Virus record (IMG/VR): IMGVR_UViG_3300015615_000629
Coordinates: 224,001-288,000 of that record
DNA from: a virus
Taxonomy: Duplodnaviria; Heunggongvirae; Uroviricota; Caudoviricetes
Strand: one strand, 5' to 3'
Length of the DNA: 64,000 nucleotides
Position numbers and translations under genes: made by a program. Under the pieces are notes generated by a model. The model saw nothing but the letters and a program-made list of their open reading frames with translations, ran no database searches and was not told the DNA's origin. Below, piece by piece: positions 29,930 through 39,300 of the stretch (position 1 is its first letter; each line of letters starts with the position of its first letter).

Positions 29930-30536
29930 TTATTTCCTTTTCAGCTAAAATAATGCAATAACCGTTCCACCAGCCATTGGTGTTTTTCCAGTCATTCAAA
30001 TCTATCTTCAAGTGAATTTTATAGTTTAACTCGGCTAAAGCGTCTTTTGTCCCGTTAAATGGCTCATCCCAGGTGTAATCATCTACTAACAAAACAAATT
30101 TATCTGCTAATACAGAATCAAATTCTACAATTCCACGTTTTTGGGAATCATAGGAGTGATCTCCATCGTAAAAATAGACATTAACCTTTTCAATAGAAGT
30201 TTTATCAAACTCCCAACAATCTGACTCAACCATCTTTACATTCGATGCAGCATGAAGAGATAAGTTCCTATAACATATCTCACGAATTCCACGCCTGCGA
30301 CTAAAGTTGTCCACCCCTGTAAAAAAACCAGTATTCCCATAAGCAGCCGAAAGTAATGACGCTCCCATATAAGAACCAACTTCTAAATAATTACACTCTT
30401 CAAAATTACATAAATTATTCAGAAAATGCCTTATCTTTGGTGTCGCAAATCCTTCTACAGCAAGGATTTCCGAACTTAATCCAGAAGATAATTGCTCGGC
30501 TTTGTAAAGGGCTTCAAAAATATGGAAAGTATTCAT
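29889..30536 (-). CDS. class I SAM-dependent methyltransferase (Methyltransf_24-like)
   Basis: YLEVGSYMGAS, VDNFS, FYDGDHSY, VDD. Confidence 0.85.
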   Translation of the reverse strand: MNTFHIFEALYKAEQLSSGLSSEILAVEGFATPKIRHFLNNLCNFEECNYLEVGSYMGASLLSAAYGNTGFFTGVDNFSRRRGIREICYRNLSLHAASNVKMVESDCWEFDKTSIEKVNVYFYDGDHSYDSQKRGIVEFDSVLADKFVLLVDDYTWDEPFNGTKDALAELNYKIHLKIDLNDWKNTNGWWNGYCIILAEKEINEEVCVVSSDAVQ

Positions 30537-30685
30537 TTAATTTCCAAGGCTTTGTTTATTTTGGCATTAACTTCTGTTAATATTGTTCTTAAGCTATTGA
30601 TTGTTTTAGCCTGAGCGGTGGTCTGTTTAACTAATTCGTCAATTACCTTTTGCGGCTCTGCGAGGCGGCGTTCTTCGAATTCCAT
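30533..30685 (-). CDS. small coiled-coil protein (50 aa)
   Basis: Hand-translated MEFEERRLAEPQKVIDELVKQ...ALEIK; fills gap, TGA overlaps next ATG. Confidence 0.55.
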   Translation of the reverse strand: MEFEERRLAEPQKVIDELVKQTTAQAKTINSLRTILTEVNAKINKALEIK

Positions 30686-30693
30686 GTTTTCCC

Positions 30694-31518
30694 TTAATAA
30701 TTGGTTATAATTAGTTCCTTACCAGTCTTCTTCACTTTTTGGGAACTTCCACAATATGCCCATTCTTCCTCGTGAAAATTGAAATCCTTATAAAGTTCCC
30801 TTATAAATGGGTCATCATTATAACTTAAACAAATCTTATGATTAGATAATCTTATATTATTTCTTAGTTCGACATGATCATCTTCGTCGAAACAAAACTG
30901 GTACAACTTGTCGGTCTTAATCGTGTTGCTTTTGATGTAATAAGGCGGATCACAATAAATTAGAACATCTTCACCATAGGCTAGCAGCAAAGTATTGTAA
31001 TCACCGTGAGTAATTGTTACATCTTTAACCAACTCGGCTGCTTCTTCTAAAACTCCAGAAGTCGTTATGTTCCAACCACTTGGATTGGAATAGTACAATC
31101 TACTTGGGACTGAATAATTAACCCTGCCCGCCCAAACGGTTCGATTAATAAAGTAATACGATAAAGCCGAATCGTTTCTATTTAAAACCAGTTTATCAAA
31201 TTCGCCTTTTAACCTAGCATTATAGAGTTCTTTACCTCTTACAGTTTTAGCCTTCGGTTCATCGTCTTTTTCTGGCTCTATAGCTCGGCATTTGGTTATG
31301 AAGTCATTTGGACGGTATTTTAATGCTCTGTAAACTGATATTAGGTCTTGATTTACGTCATTTATCCAACGTGATTTCTCTTTGGAAATGTCGAAGAAGA
31401 TGCCGCCGCCACCAACAAAAGGCTCACGATATTCTTTAAAATCTGGAAATTTAGAAAGTATCTTTTGTTTGACGTTTTTTTTAGTTTTGCCACCAGGATA
31501 TCTAAAAATACTTTTAAT
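30694..31518 (-). CDS. Dam-like (D12 class) DNA adenine methyltransferase; no ATG/GTG/TTG start, candidate ATT start at 31518
   Basis: Frame open from 31560: KSIFRYPGGK, EPFVGGG, INDVN, YYFINR, YCDPPY, LSYND, ELIITNY; the track shows only the C-terminal half. Confidence 0.85.
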   Translation of the reverse strand: MKSIFRYPGGKTKKNVKQKILSKFPDFKEYREPFVGGGGIFFDISKEKSRWINDVNQDLISVYRALKYRPNDFITKCRAIEPEKDDEPKAKTVRGKELYNARLKGEFDKLVLNRNDSALSYYFINRTVWAGRVNYSVPSRLYYSNPSGWNITTSGVLEEAAELVKDVTITHGDYNTLLLAYGEDVLIYCDPPYYIKSNTIKTDKLYQFCFDEDDHVELRNNIRLSNHKICLSYNDDPFIRELYKDFNFHEEEWAYCGSSQKVKKTGKELIITNY

Positions 31519-32125
31519 TTTTAAAATTCTCCGGAAACATATCGAATACTTTAAATAACCTTAAAATTTGAGTTGAGTTCAAACTGTAAGTCTCTTTGTT
31601 ACCAAATCTGATATCTGAATGGATCTTTTCCCCTTCGGCCCTGATCTTCTTTACATCCGCCGATGTAACGAAAAACCACTTACTCCAAGGATTCGGAACC
31701 GTTTGAGTCCTAGTTTTGGAAAGACCTGTCTGGTATGACGTTATAAAGATAATTTCTGGATTTTCTTCTAGACGCTTTAAGTCCACCTCCTTCCAACCTG
31801 CCTTCCAGGCCCAACTGTTTTTAACGTCAATAATAGTTAAATCACTAAACCCCACCGACTTAAACAAATCCGCTCCATCCATGTTTCGCCAGCCTTGTAC
31901 CATTTTTATGATATAATCTGGATTCCATGTAAAGTTTGGATCCATATCAACTTCCCCATCGTTGTGCTTAGAGGCATTTAAAACAGATTCCCAAAGCGGT
32001 TGAGATGGGTGGATTGCGTCGATAACGATTCTTTCAATCACACCGGTTTTCTTAATCTCGTAAGCAAAAACCGGTTTCGGACGATTGTCCATTCGTTTAA
32101 TTAAATTTGCATTCATGTAGTCCAT
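31514..32125 (-). CDS. hypothetical protein, possible PD-(D/E)xK nuclease
   Basis: GADL...IIDVKNS motif; directly upstream of methylase. Confidence 0.5.
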   Translation of the reverse strand: MDYMNANLIKRMDNRPKPVFAYEIKKTGVIERIVIDAIHPSQPLWESVLNASKHNDGEVDMDPNFTWNPDYIIKMVQGWRNMDGADLFKSVGFSDLTIIDVKNSWAWKAGWKEVDLKRLEENPEIIFITSYQTGLSKTRTQTVPNPWSKWFFVTSADVKKIRAEGEKIHSDIRFGNKETYSLNSTQILRLFKVFDMFPENFKN

Positions 32126-32131
32126 ATCGCC

Positions 32132-32160
32132 AAATTACAAAAACCACATTTTTATGTCAA
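32132..32160 (-). promoter_or_regulatory. sigma70-type promoter, leaderless
   Basis: TTGACA-17-TAATTT, 6 nt before ATG at 32125. Confidence 0.6.
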
Positions 32161-32176
32161 GATGTGAAATTAAAAA

Positions 32177-33316
32177 TTAATAGATTTCAACTCTTAGTTT
32201 GGGAGCCACACCAAGGGCTCTAAACGTGCGTCTAACGGCGTCCTGAATTATGGGTATGTTTTCCCTAGTTGAAATAAAAGAATCATGGATCGTTGTGATA
32301 AACGCATTAGGATGGGTATCCATAAGGTCTCGGCAGATTTTATTGATAACAATGTCAGATTCGAGCCGTTGCATAGTCCAGGCGGCGTTTCGATAGTCAG
32401 ATTTCTTGAGTTCCTTCAAAGTGGCAGCAACGGTTGGGAAGAGTTCGCAAAATTTAGGATGAGTGTCCTTGCCAAAGAAGACATCTCGGTAAAGAACATG
32501 CTTGATATCCTCAGTTGGTTGAAGCAGAAGTTTTTCAGACAAAAAGGGATAAATTTCTCCTGCTTCAACAAGAGATTTGTAGTGCTCCAAATCAGTCGCT
32601 GCGCAACATGAAATGGATCCCATATACACACCATTATTACAAGATCTAGAAAGAATATAGAGCAATAGAGGCTGTGAAGAGCTTATATCTAGATTTACGA
32701 TTGATTGATCATTAAATTTAAGATATTTTCTAAGATCTCTTTTAAGATTTGTTATATTTGTATGAATTCTTCCAAAAGAATCTTCTTTCAGATAAAATGA
32801 TTTTTCTATGATTTTATCTATTGAAGATTTAGCACAATTGAAGTCTTCTATATTTTGCCAAGTTTCGATTTCTTCATATGCTTTTTCACTAATTGTAATT
32901 CTTGAAAGGAACTTATACAAATGTTTTTGAAGATCAGTGTATTTGTAAGTTTTTTTGTTTCTTAACATTGCAGAAACAAGAGTTTTTGTTTTTATTTTAG
33001 ATTTTCTTATTTTTGATTTATACTTTTTAGAAATTCTGTATCCAAGACATTTTTTTGCCTTAGCATAAAAACCATCACACTCCAAAACACCTATATCTCC
33101 TAAAATATTGGCATAAAATTTATGATCTCTGATAATCTTTCTAAGTATTTTGGAATCAAGTGGCACATAATCGCTAGGCATTTGATAATACCTTTTTGAC
33201 ATAATGATGTTAACAAAATATGTCATCCTATCCAAATCAGTATCAGATACTTTGTACCCTTTTTCACAAAGTAAGGATTCTAAGTCAAGATTTTCTGGCA
33301 GATATAGATAATCCAT
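32177..33316 (-). CDS. divergent PolA-superfamily palm-domain protein
   Basis: GRIHT, NLDISSSQP (motif A), Q..ES, TIHDS (motif C). Confidence 0.7.
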   Translation of the reverse strand: MDYLYLPENLDLESLLCEKGYKVSDTDLDRMTYFVNIIMSKRYYQMPSDYVPLDSKILRKIIRDHKFYANILGDIGVLECDGFYAKAKKCLGYRISKKYKSKIRKSKIKTKTLVSAMLRNKKTYKYTDLQKHLYKFLSRITISEKAYEEIETWQNIEDFNCAKSSIDKIIEKSFYLKEDSFGRIHTNITNLKRDLRKYLKFNDQSIVNLDISSSQPLLLYILSRSCNNGVYMGSISCCAATDLEHYKSLVEAGEIYPFLSEKLLLQPTEDIKHVLYRDVFFGKDTHPKFCELFPTVAATLKELKKSDYRNAAWTMQRLESDIVINKICRDLMDTHPNAFITTIHDSFISTRENIPIIQDAVRRTFRALGVAPKLRVEIY

Positions 33317-33322
33317 GCCAGG

Positions 33323-33351
33323 ATTATGCTAGAAAGTGTTTTTAAAATCAA
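33323..33351 (-). promoter_or_regulatory. sigma70-type promoter, leaderless
   Basis: TTGATT-17-CATAAT, 6 nt before ATG at 33316. Confidence 0.6.
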
Positions 33352-33357
33352 GCCTAA

Positions 33358-34008
33358 TTAATGTTGATCTTTTAGCCATTCTTTGAAAGATTCGGAAGCC
33401 ATTGCCCAATGTTTTTGACCAGGAGTTAGATGATCTTTCCAAGGATTAAGTTTAGGTGTAGCACCTTGTTTCAAAAGTGCCTGTCGTTTTTCATTCCCAC
33501 GAAGCAAATGCACAGGTGGAGCGGCATCTAGTTTGTCTTGATTAGATGCATCGAAGTCTGAGAGTCCTTGTTTTAAAAATTGGCTATAGGGTATTGGTTC
33601 TTTGGTGAAAACTGTAGAAATGTAAGTATTATTGTTTATCAAACCTCTACTTTTTAATTCTTTTAAACATGCGGGTAATAGCGTTCTAAACATCTTTTCG
33701 CTTGGCTTTCCATTCCAAAAGGCGACTACATGTTTGTTTTTATGTTCTGGATATTCGCCCAAAATATCTGTGAAATGGGCTACCCTGCCCACTAAAGCAT
33801 CGTTTGTTGGTCGGTCTGGAGGACTAGTTCCGTGTCTTTTTACATAATTGCTATAATAGGGCTCTCTATTGGCAACATCGGGATGTATTTCGTCTTTTTT
33901 ACCAAGATACAATCCTTCCTGAGCGGTATACAAAAAGGTTTTCTCGTCATCGCTACTAACAATGTCGTCTGGAGTAAAAAATGAATAACTTCGATTTAAG
34001 AATCCCAT
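33358..34008 (-). CDS. paralog family member 3
   Basis: SD AAGGAGG before ATG 34008; shares ALVGRV, FWN, LPACL, TYIS, TPGQKHWAMASE.FKEWL. Confidence 0.8.
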   Translation of the reverse strand: MGFLNRSYSFFTPDDIVSSDDEKTFLYTAQEGLYLGKKDEIHPDVANREPYYSNYVKRHGTSPPDRPTNDALVGRVAHFTDILGEYPEHKNKHVVAFWNGKPSEKMFRTLLPACLKELKSRGLINNNTYISTVFTKEPIPYSQFLKQGLSDFDASNQDKLDAAPPVHLLRGNEKRQALLKQGATPKLNPWKDHLTPGQKHWAMASESFKEWLKDQH

Positions 34009-34631
34009 TCTAGCCTCCTTAACCACTCCTTGAAGCCTTCGGAAGCCATCGCCCAATGCTTTTGACCAGGAGTTAAGTCTTTCCAGGGACTCAACTTAGG
34101 AGTTACGCCTCTATTTAAAAGGGCTTGTTTTTTGTCCTGTCCTTTTAGTAAGTGTATTTCTCTATCTGCATTTAGTTTATCTAAATTTGCCTGGGTTGCT
34201 TTTGGTGATAATCCGTGTTTTTTGTAGTCTTGATAAGTTATTGGAACATCGTTAAAAACAGAAGAAATATAGGTTGCATCATCAATTAATTCTAGAGATT
34301 TAAGTTTAAGTAAACAGGCTGGTAGAAGTTGGTTAAAAATATCTTCATTATGATTCCAAAAAGATACATGTCTTCCTTTTCTCCCTTTGAAATATTTCGG
34401 TGTACTAACTCTTCCTACCAGAGCAGTTTTGTAAGGATGATTATCTTCGGGATGCCAACCATATTTTTCAAGATGATAATCTTCATATTCTTTACTTCGC
34501 TTCAAGTCACCGTGCGTGTTTGTTGGATTGCCCAAAAACATTTTATGATCTTCAGTGAAAAAGAAGGCAATAGCGGTTATATTGTTTCCGCCTTCCCAAA
34601 TGTCATCTGGTGATATCCATTCATTTATCAT
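33996..34631 (-). CDS. paralog family member 2
   Basis: Same conserved blocks as its neighbours. Confidence 0.8.
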   Translation of the reverse strand: MINEWISPDDIWEGGNNITAIAFFFTEDHKMFLGNPTNTHGDLKRSKEYEDYHLEKYGWHPEDNHPYKTALVGRVSTPKYFKGRKGRHVSFWNHNEDIFNQLLPACLLKLKSLELIDDATYISSVFNDVPITYQDYKKHGLSPKATQANLDKLNADREIHLLKGQDKKQALLNRGVTPKLSPWKDLTPGQKHWAMASEGFKEWLRRLEWDS

Positions 34632-35281
34632 TTTTCACCTTTCAACCATTCCTTAAAGCCTTCAGAAGCCATTGCCCAATGCTTTTGACCAGGAGTTAAG
34701 TCTTTCCAGGGTGATATCTTAGGTGTTACACCACGTTGTAGTAATGCCTGTTTTTTGTTGTTTCCACCAAGTAAATGTATTTCTCTATCTGCATCTAACT
34801 TTTTCAAATTGCTAAGGTTTAAAACAGGCGACAGTCCTGACTTTTTATAGTCTATATATGTGATTGGTCTGGCGTTATAAGCAGATGAAATATAAGTTGA
34901 ATCATCAATCAACTCTAAAGATTTAAGTTTACTTAAACACGGTGATAGTAATGTTTTAAGAAGATCGTTTTTATTCCAAAAAGACACGAATCTGCCAAAA
35001 AGAATCCCTCTTTTTAGGTTGCCAACTCTGCCTACTAATGCGAATTCGGTTGGCCAACCATAGTTGGGTTTTTCACCAAATCTATCAACGTGATAAGCAT
35101 AATACTTTTTATCATACATTAATTGCCCGTGCGTCTCATGCTCACCACCAAGAAAGAGATGTTGATCGTTGGTGAAAAAGAAAGGGATCGCCGACCTATC
35201 GGTCTCATGTATGTCATTTGGTGAGATGAACAATGGCGGTAGAGGTCTTTCTCTTTCTACTTTATCTTTTATACTATGCAT
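34628..35281 (-). CDS. paralog family member 1
   Basis: Same conserved blocks as its neighbours. Confidence 0.8.
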   Translation of the reverse strand: MHSIKDKVERERPLPPLFISPNDIHETDRSAIPFFFTNDQHLFLGGEHETHGQLMYDKKYYAYHVDRFGEKPNYGWPTEFALVGRVGNLKRGILFGRFVSFWNKNDLLKTLLSPCLSKLKSLELIDDSTYISSAYNARPITYIDYKKSGLSPVLNLSNLKKLDADREIHLLGGNNKKQALLQRGVTPKISPWKDLTPGQKHWAMASEGFKEWLKGEK

Positions 35282-36267
35282 TATCCACCTACATTAGGAG
35301 TCAATAGTGTTAAAGCCTTAACCGGAACTGGTTTAGTGCCAATTACCTGATACTGCTGCTCAGAACGTGTATCTACAGTTTTCATTAAATATCGGGAATC
35401 TATCCTAACTCTCCAAACATCTCTTTCTCCATGCAAATCAGTCGCCAAACCAAGAGCACTATCATATTTACTTGTTAAATATATATTAGGTGGAATTGTA
35501 GTTGCATTATCATATAAATGTCTATCCTTAGAAGGTCTTGCCGTATAAAGAGTTAGGGCCTTTCCTGTTTGACTAGAACCTGGATTTTGAAGTTCTTTGA
35601 TTAAAGCAAAATATTCACTTTTTACCTCATTGTTACTTAGAAACTCATCTTCATCGGCATCCAAAATATCATCAATTTCTAATTTATCGTGAAGTAGGAC
35701 TTGAAAATAGGGAGCAGATGGAACCGCAAAGACCACCTCAAAAGCAGTAAGTGGCTCTAGATTAGTTTCACTATAACTAGGTCTTATAAGCAACCTAGTC
35801 TTGATTTCCACATTTGATTTTTCGATTAATTCCTTCAATTTATTGGCGTTTTCTATGGTTTTTGCATAGATCGATTTTATGTCGTCTTGAATCTCTTTTT
35901 CTTCTGATTTATTGCTTTTTAAATAATTTAAGTCCCAAAGAAAGGTTAAAACTTTTCTTAAGTCCTTGTTATCAAAGGAGTTAGGTAAACCTCTATACCA
36001 CTTATAATATTGTTCAACTTCATGATCGAAGACGGCGGTTCCTATGTATTTCATAGAACGAATAAGTTCAGTTGTTCTTGGATATTTGAAGCTTTGTAAT
36101 TTGATTTGTAGGTTAGAGGTTTCTTGTTGTAAATTTAAATTTTTTACTTTTTCTACATTGTCGTTGTGGTAGTTGTGTAGTTCTCTTACATAGTTTGTTA
36201 AAGAATGGAGATATTTGTCGAAATCTGACAAAGTAATTGATGATAACCATTCAAAAAACGTTTGCAT
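35281..36267 (-). CDS. hypothetical protein with possible C-terminal ADP-ribosyltransferase-like fold
   Basis: MQTFFEWL N-terminus; C-terminal LYTARP...IYLTS...A..A...VWRV...EQQY. Confidence 0.55.
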   Translation of the reverse strand: MQTFFEWLSSITLSDFDKYLHSLTNYVRELHNYHNDNVEKVKNLNLQQETSNLQIKLQSFKYPRTTELIRSMKYIGTAVFDHEVEQYYKWYRGLPNSFDNKDLRKVLTFLWDLNYLKSNKSEEKEIQDDIKSIYAKTIENANKLKELIEKSNVEIKTRLLIRPSYSETNLEPLTAFEVVFAVPSAPYFQVLLHDKLEIDDILDADEDEFLSNNEVKSEYFALIKELQNPGSSQTGKALTLYTARPSKDRHLYDNATTIPPNIYLTSKYDSALGLATDLHGERDVWRVRIDSRYLMKTVDTRSEQQYQVIGTKPVPVKALTLLTPNVGG

Positions 36268-36314
36268 AAAGGTAGTTAGGATGAGTTTTTACGTTTTGGC
36301 GTGTAAATAAAAGC

Positions 36315-39300
36315 ATGCCAACAAAAACATGGGCTTCGGCCTCAAATAGTACATGGAACTCTTCTGGAAACTGGAGTCCATCGGGTGTCCCTGGCACCGG
36401 GGACGACGTTGTTTTCGGAGATGGAGTAAACAATGGCAATTGTACGGTTGATATTGCCGTATCTGTGGCTAGTTTAACCATCAACAACACTTATACTGGA
36501 TTGGTGGATTTCGGAACTACTAGAACTTTAACCACTACTGGCGACGTTACAATCGACACAGGAAGTACAGGTGCCACGACAACTAAGTTTAGTGCTAATG
36601 GTCTCAGTGGTGGTCTACATTATACAATTGGTGGAAACTTAGTTGTTAGCACTGCTCGTAAAGTTCTCTGGTATGGAACTCTTGATATAACTGGAAATGC
36701 GACATTTTCTGGGGCTGGAGATCGAACCTTTGGATTTAGCACCATAAATTGCGTGGATTATACTAATTCAGGATCTTCGACTAGTCAAATATTTGGAAAC
36801 ATAACTGCAACTGGAAATTTTAATTCATCCAGTGCTGACGCGGGTACTATATTTGCTCTTGTTACAACTTTATCTGGAACTAGTAAAACTTTTAGTGCTA
36901 AGGCCACGCAAGATTTTTCATCCCTAGTTATAACTGGTTCTTATACTTTCTCTCAAGCATCAGGGGTAGGTTTTAATGCTCAAGATTTCTCCGTCGGTAC
37001 AGGCGGTACATTTACAAATAACGTGACCGAAACCGACGGCGTGATCCTGCAGGTCGTTACAATCGATGGCACTTATGCAGGTAGTGGAACTCAATATCTG
37101 GGAACAACAGGAGTAACTGGCTTTCCCTGTAATATAGACATTAATGGGACATGGTCTAACAGCGGCACAACGCAGGTTTCATGGGATATCCTTATGTCTA
37201 CGGCGGCTACGCCTCAAGCAGTAAGCGGAACATGGAATTTTGTTAAAAATGGAGATTTTCCGGGAAGCGATGTCTCAGTTGCACAAACTTTGAGCGGACA
37301 GTTTAGATTTACAGGAAATGTAAGTTTCGATTGTGACGACGCAAACACATATGCATTAACAATAGCCTCTTTGACCGGAACCGAGTTTCAAAGTGCTCTT
37401 ACCACCAGCAATACAGGTGGTGGTACATTTACTTATCTTCCATTGTCGGTTCTATCTTTTACGACAAATACAGCAAACATTTCATTGTTGGATAAAAGTT
37501 ATGGTGCAATGACTTTCTCCGGAGGAACTAAAACACTTACAGGTAGCGGCTTTACATCATCTACCTTAACTGTAAGTGGCGGTACTTTAAACGCAAATAA
37601 TAAAGCACTTACTACTTTAGGAAATTTTGTAATAAGTGGTACTGCGGTATTTCAAGGAGGTAATCAAACTCATACCATAGGTGGAAACTGTGTCTTCTCT
37701 GGCACTGGCACTTCAACATTTTCCACTTGTACGATTAATTTAAGTGGTGATTGGGATTTGTCAGCTATGGGTGTGACTTGTAATATGACGTTCACCTCTA
37801 TGACTCTTAATCTAAATGGAACTGCCAAACAGTTCCTGGCGGCAGCTATTACTGGATTTACAATTGGAACAATTAATGTTAATGGAACGTATACGATTCC
37901 TTTAAATACCTCGTTCAGGGGTATGCGTGGGGGAACAAGTGGAATTAACATCAAGAGCGGTGGAACCTTAACCAATAACGAAACTTCAACAAGTGGTGGT
38001 GTTGTTGTCACTGGAAGCATACTGGTTGTAGAAAGTGGTGGCACTTATGCTGGTACTGGAAACTTAACTTGTATTAATGGTGCAATTACTCATAGCGGCG
38101 GCACTTGGTCGAACACAGGAACTAATACAATTGGATGGAACCATACTTTAACAGGTGGCACTTGTAACTTTACAGGAACTTGGAACTTCTCCAAGTCTGG
38201 AGGAACGGCAGGTGGCGGTTCTTCTAGAACTCAAACTCTTACCGGTACAGCCTTTACGTTTACTGGGCCTGTTACGTTTAATTGCGACGAAGCAGCTACT
38301 TATATTGTAACAAACAGTAATGTAAATTTGAATTTTTCAAATAATATTGTTTTTTCAAATAGTGGTTCGGGAACTTTCACTTACAATAAGGGTTCTGGAA
38401 CAATTACGTTGAATGCTTCTTCTGGTTCCGTAAATGCCGGCTTCTTTGACAGATCTATCGAACCGTTAGTTGTAAGTTGCAGTGGAGCGACAACTACCTT
38501 TGTGGGAGGATTTACAACAACCTCTTATACGCATAGTGCGGGTAATGTAGCGGGCGGGGCTGTTAACATAATTGTAAACGGCGATACAACAATAACAAGC
38601 ACAGGAACTGTATCTTTAACTAGCGGTGGCTCTTGGGCTTCTACAGGAAGTTGGGATAGTTCTTCGGCCACTGCTATTTCGGCAGCTGCTTGGATTTTCA
38701 CTTTTACCGGAACATCGAAAACTATCAATACTTCAAATACTGGAACCGGTCTCGGAATCGTAACATTCGATACAGGAAGCACTTACAGTGTTGGTTCAGG
38801 TGGTTTAAATTGTGCTGGTATTGTTCTTGTTGGCACTTTGAATATTAGTACGAATTCAGTTGCTTGCAAGGGACAATTTAATCTAGCAGGAACAATATCT
38901 GGTTCGGGAGCATTTACTGTTACAAATGGAACCATAACCAATGATGGAACCTGGAGCCATACTGGCACATTGAATGTAAATCAAAGTTGTACAATGACTT
39001 CGAGTTCTTCAACTAGCACGATTCCTTGCACGGTTAATTTTAATCAATCCAGCGGTACTCCAACTTTGGTATTTTCGAAAGATCACACGTTTACAGGAGA
39101 TGTAACATTTTCTCAGGACGTTGTGGCGAATTATACAGTTAATTTTGCTTCCAAAGCGATGAATTTCAATAAGAATTTAACATTCTCTGCTTTAACACCA
39201 AGTAATTTGATAATTTCAAATCCTGGTACGACAACTTTAGGCGGTAGCAGCGGAAGCCACACGATAGCTTTAATTGATAAAACTATTGGTGATTTAGTAA

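Noticed and set aside
33358-35281. Diversity-generating retroelement (TR/VR) for the repeated 3' ends
   Set aside because: All copies are coding, differences are not confined to adenines, and no reverse transcriptase is present in the window
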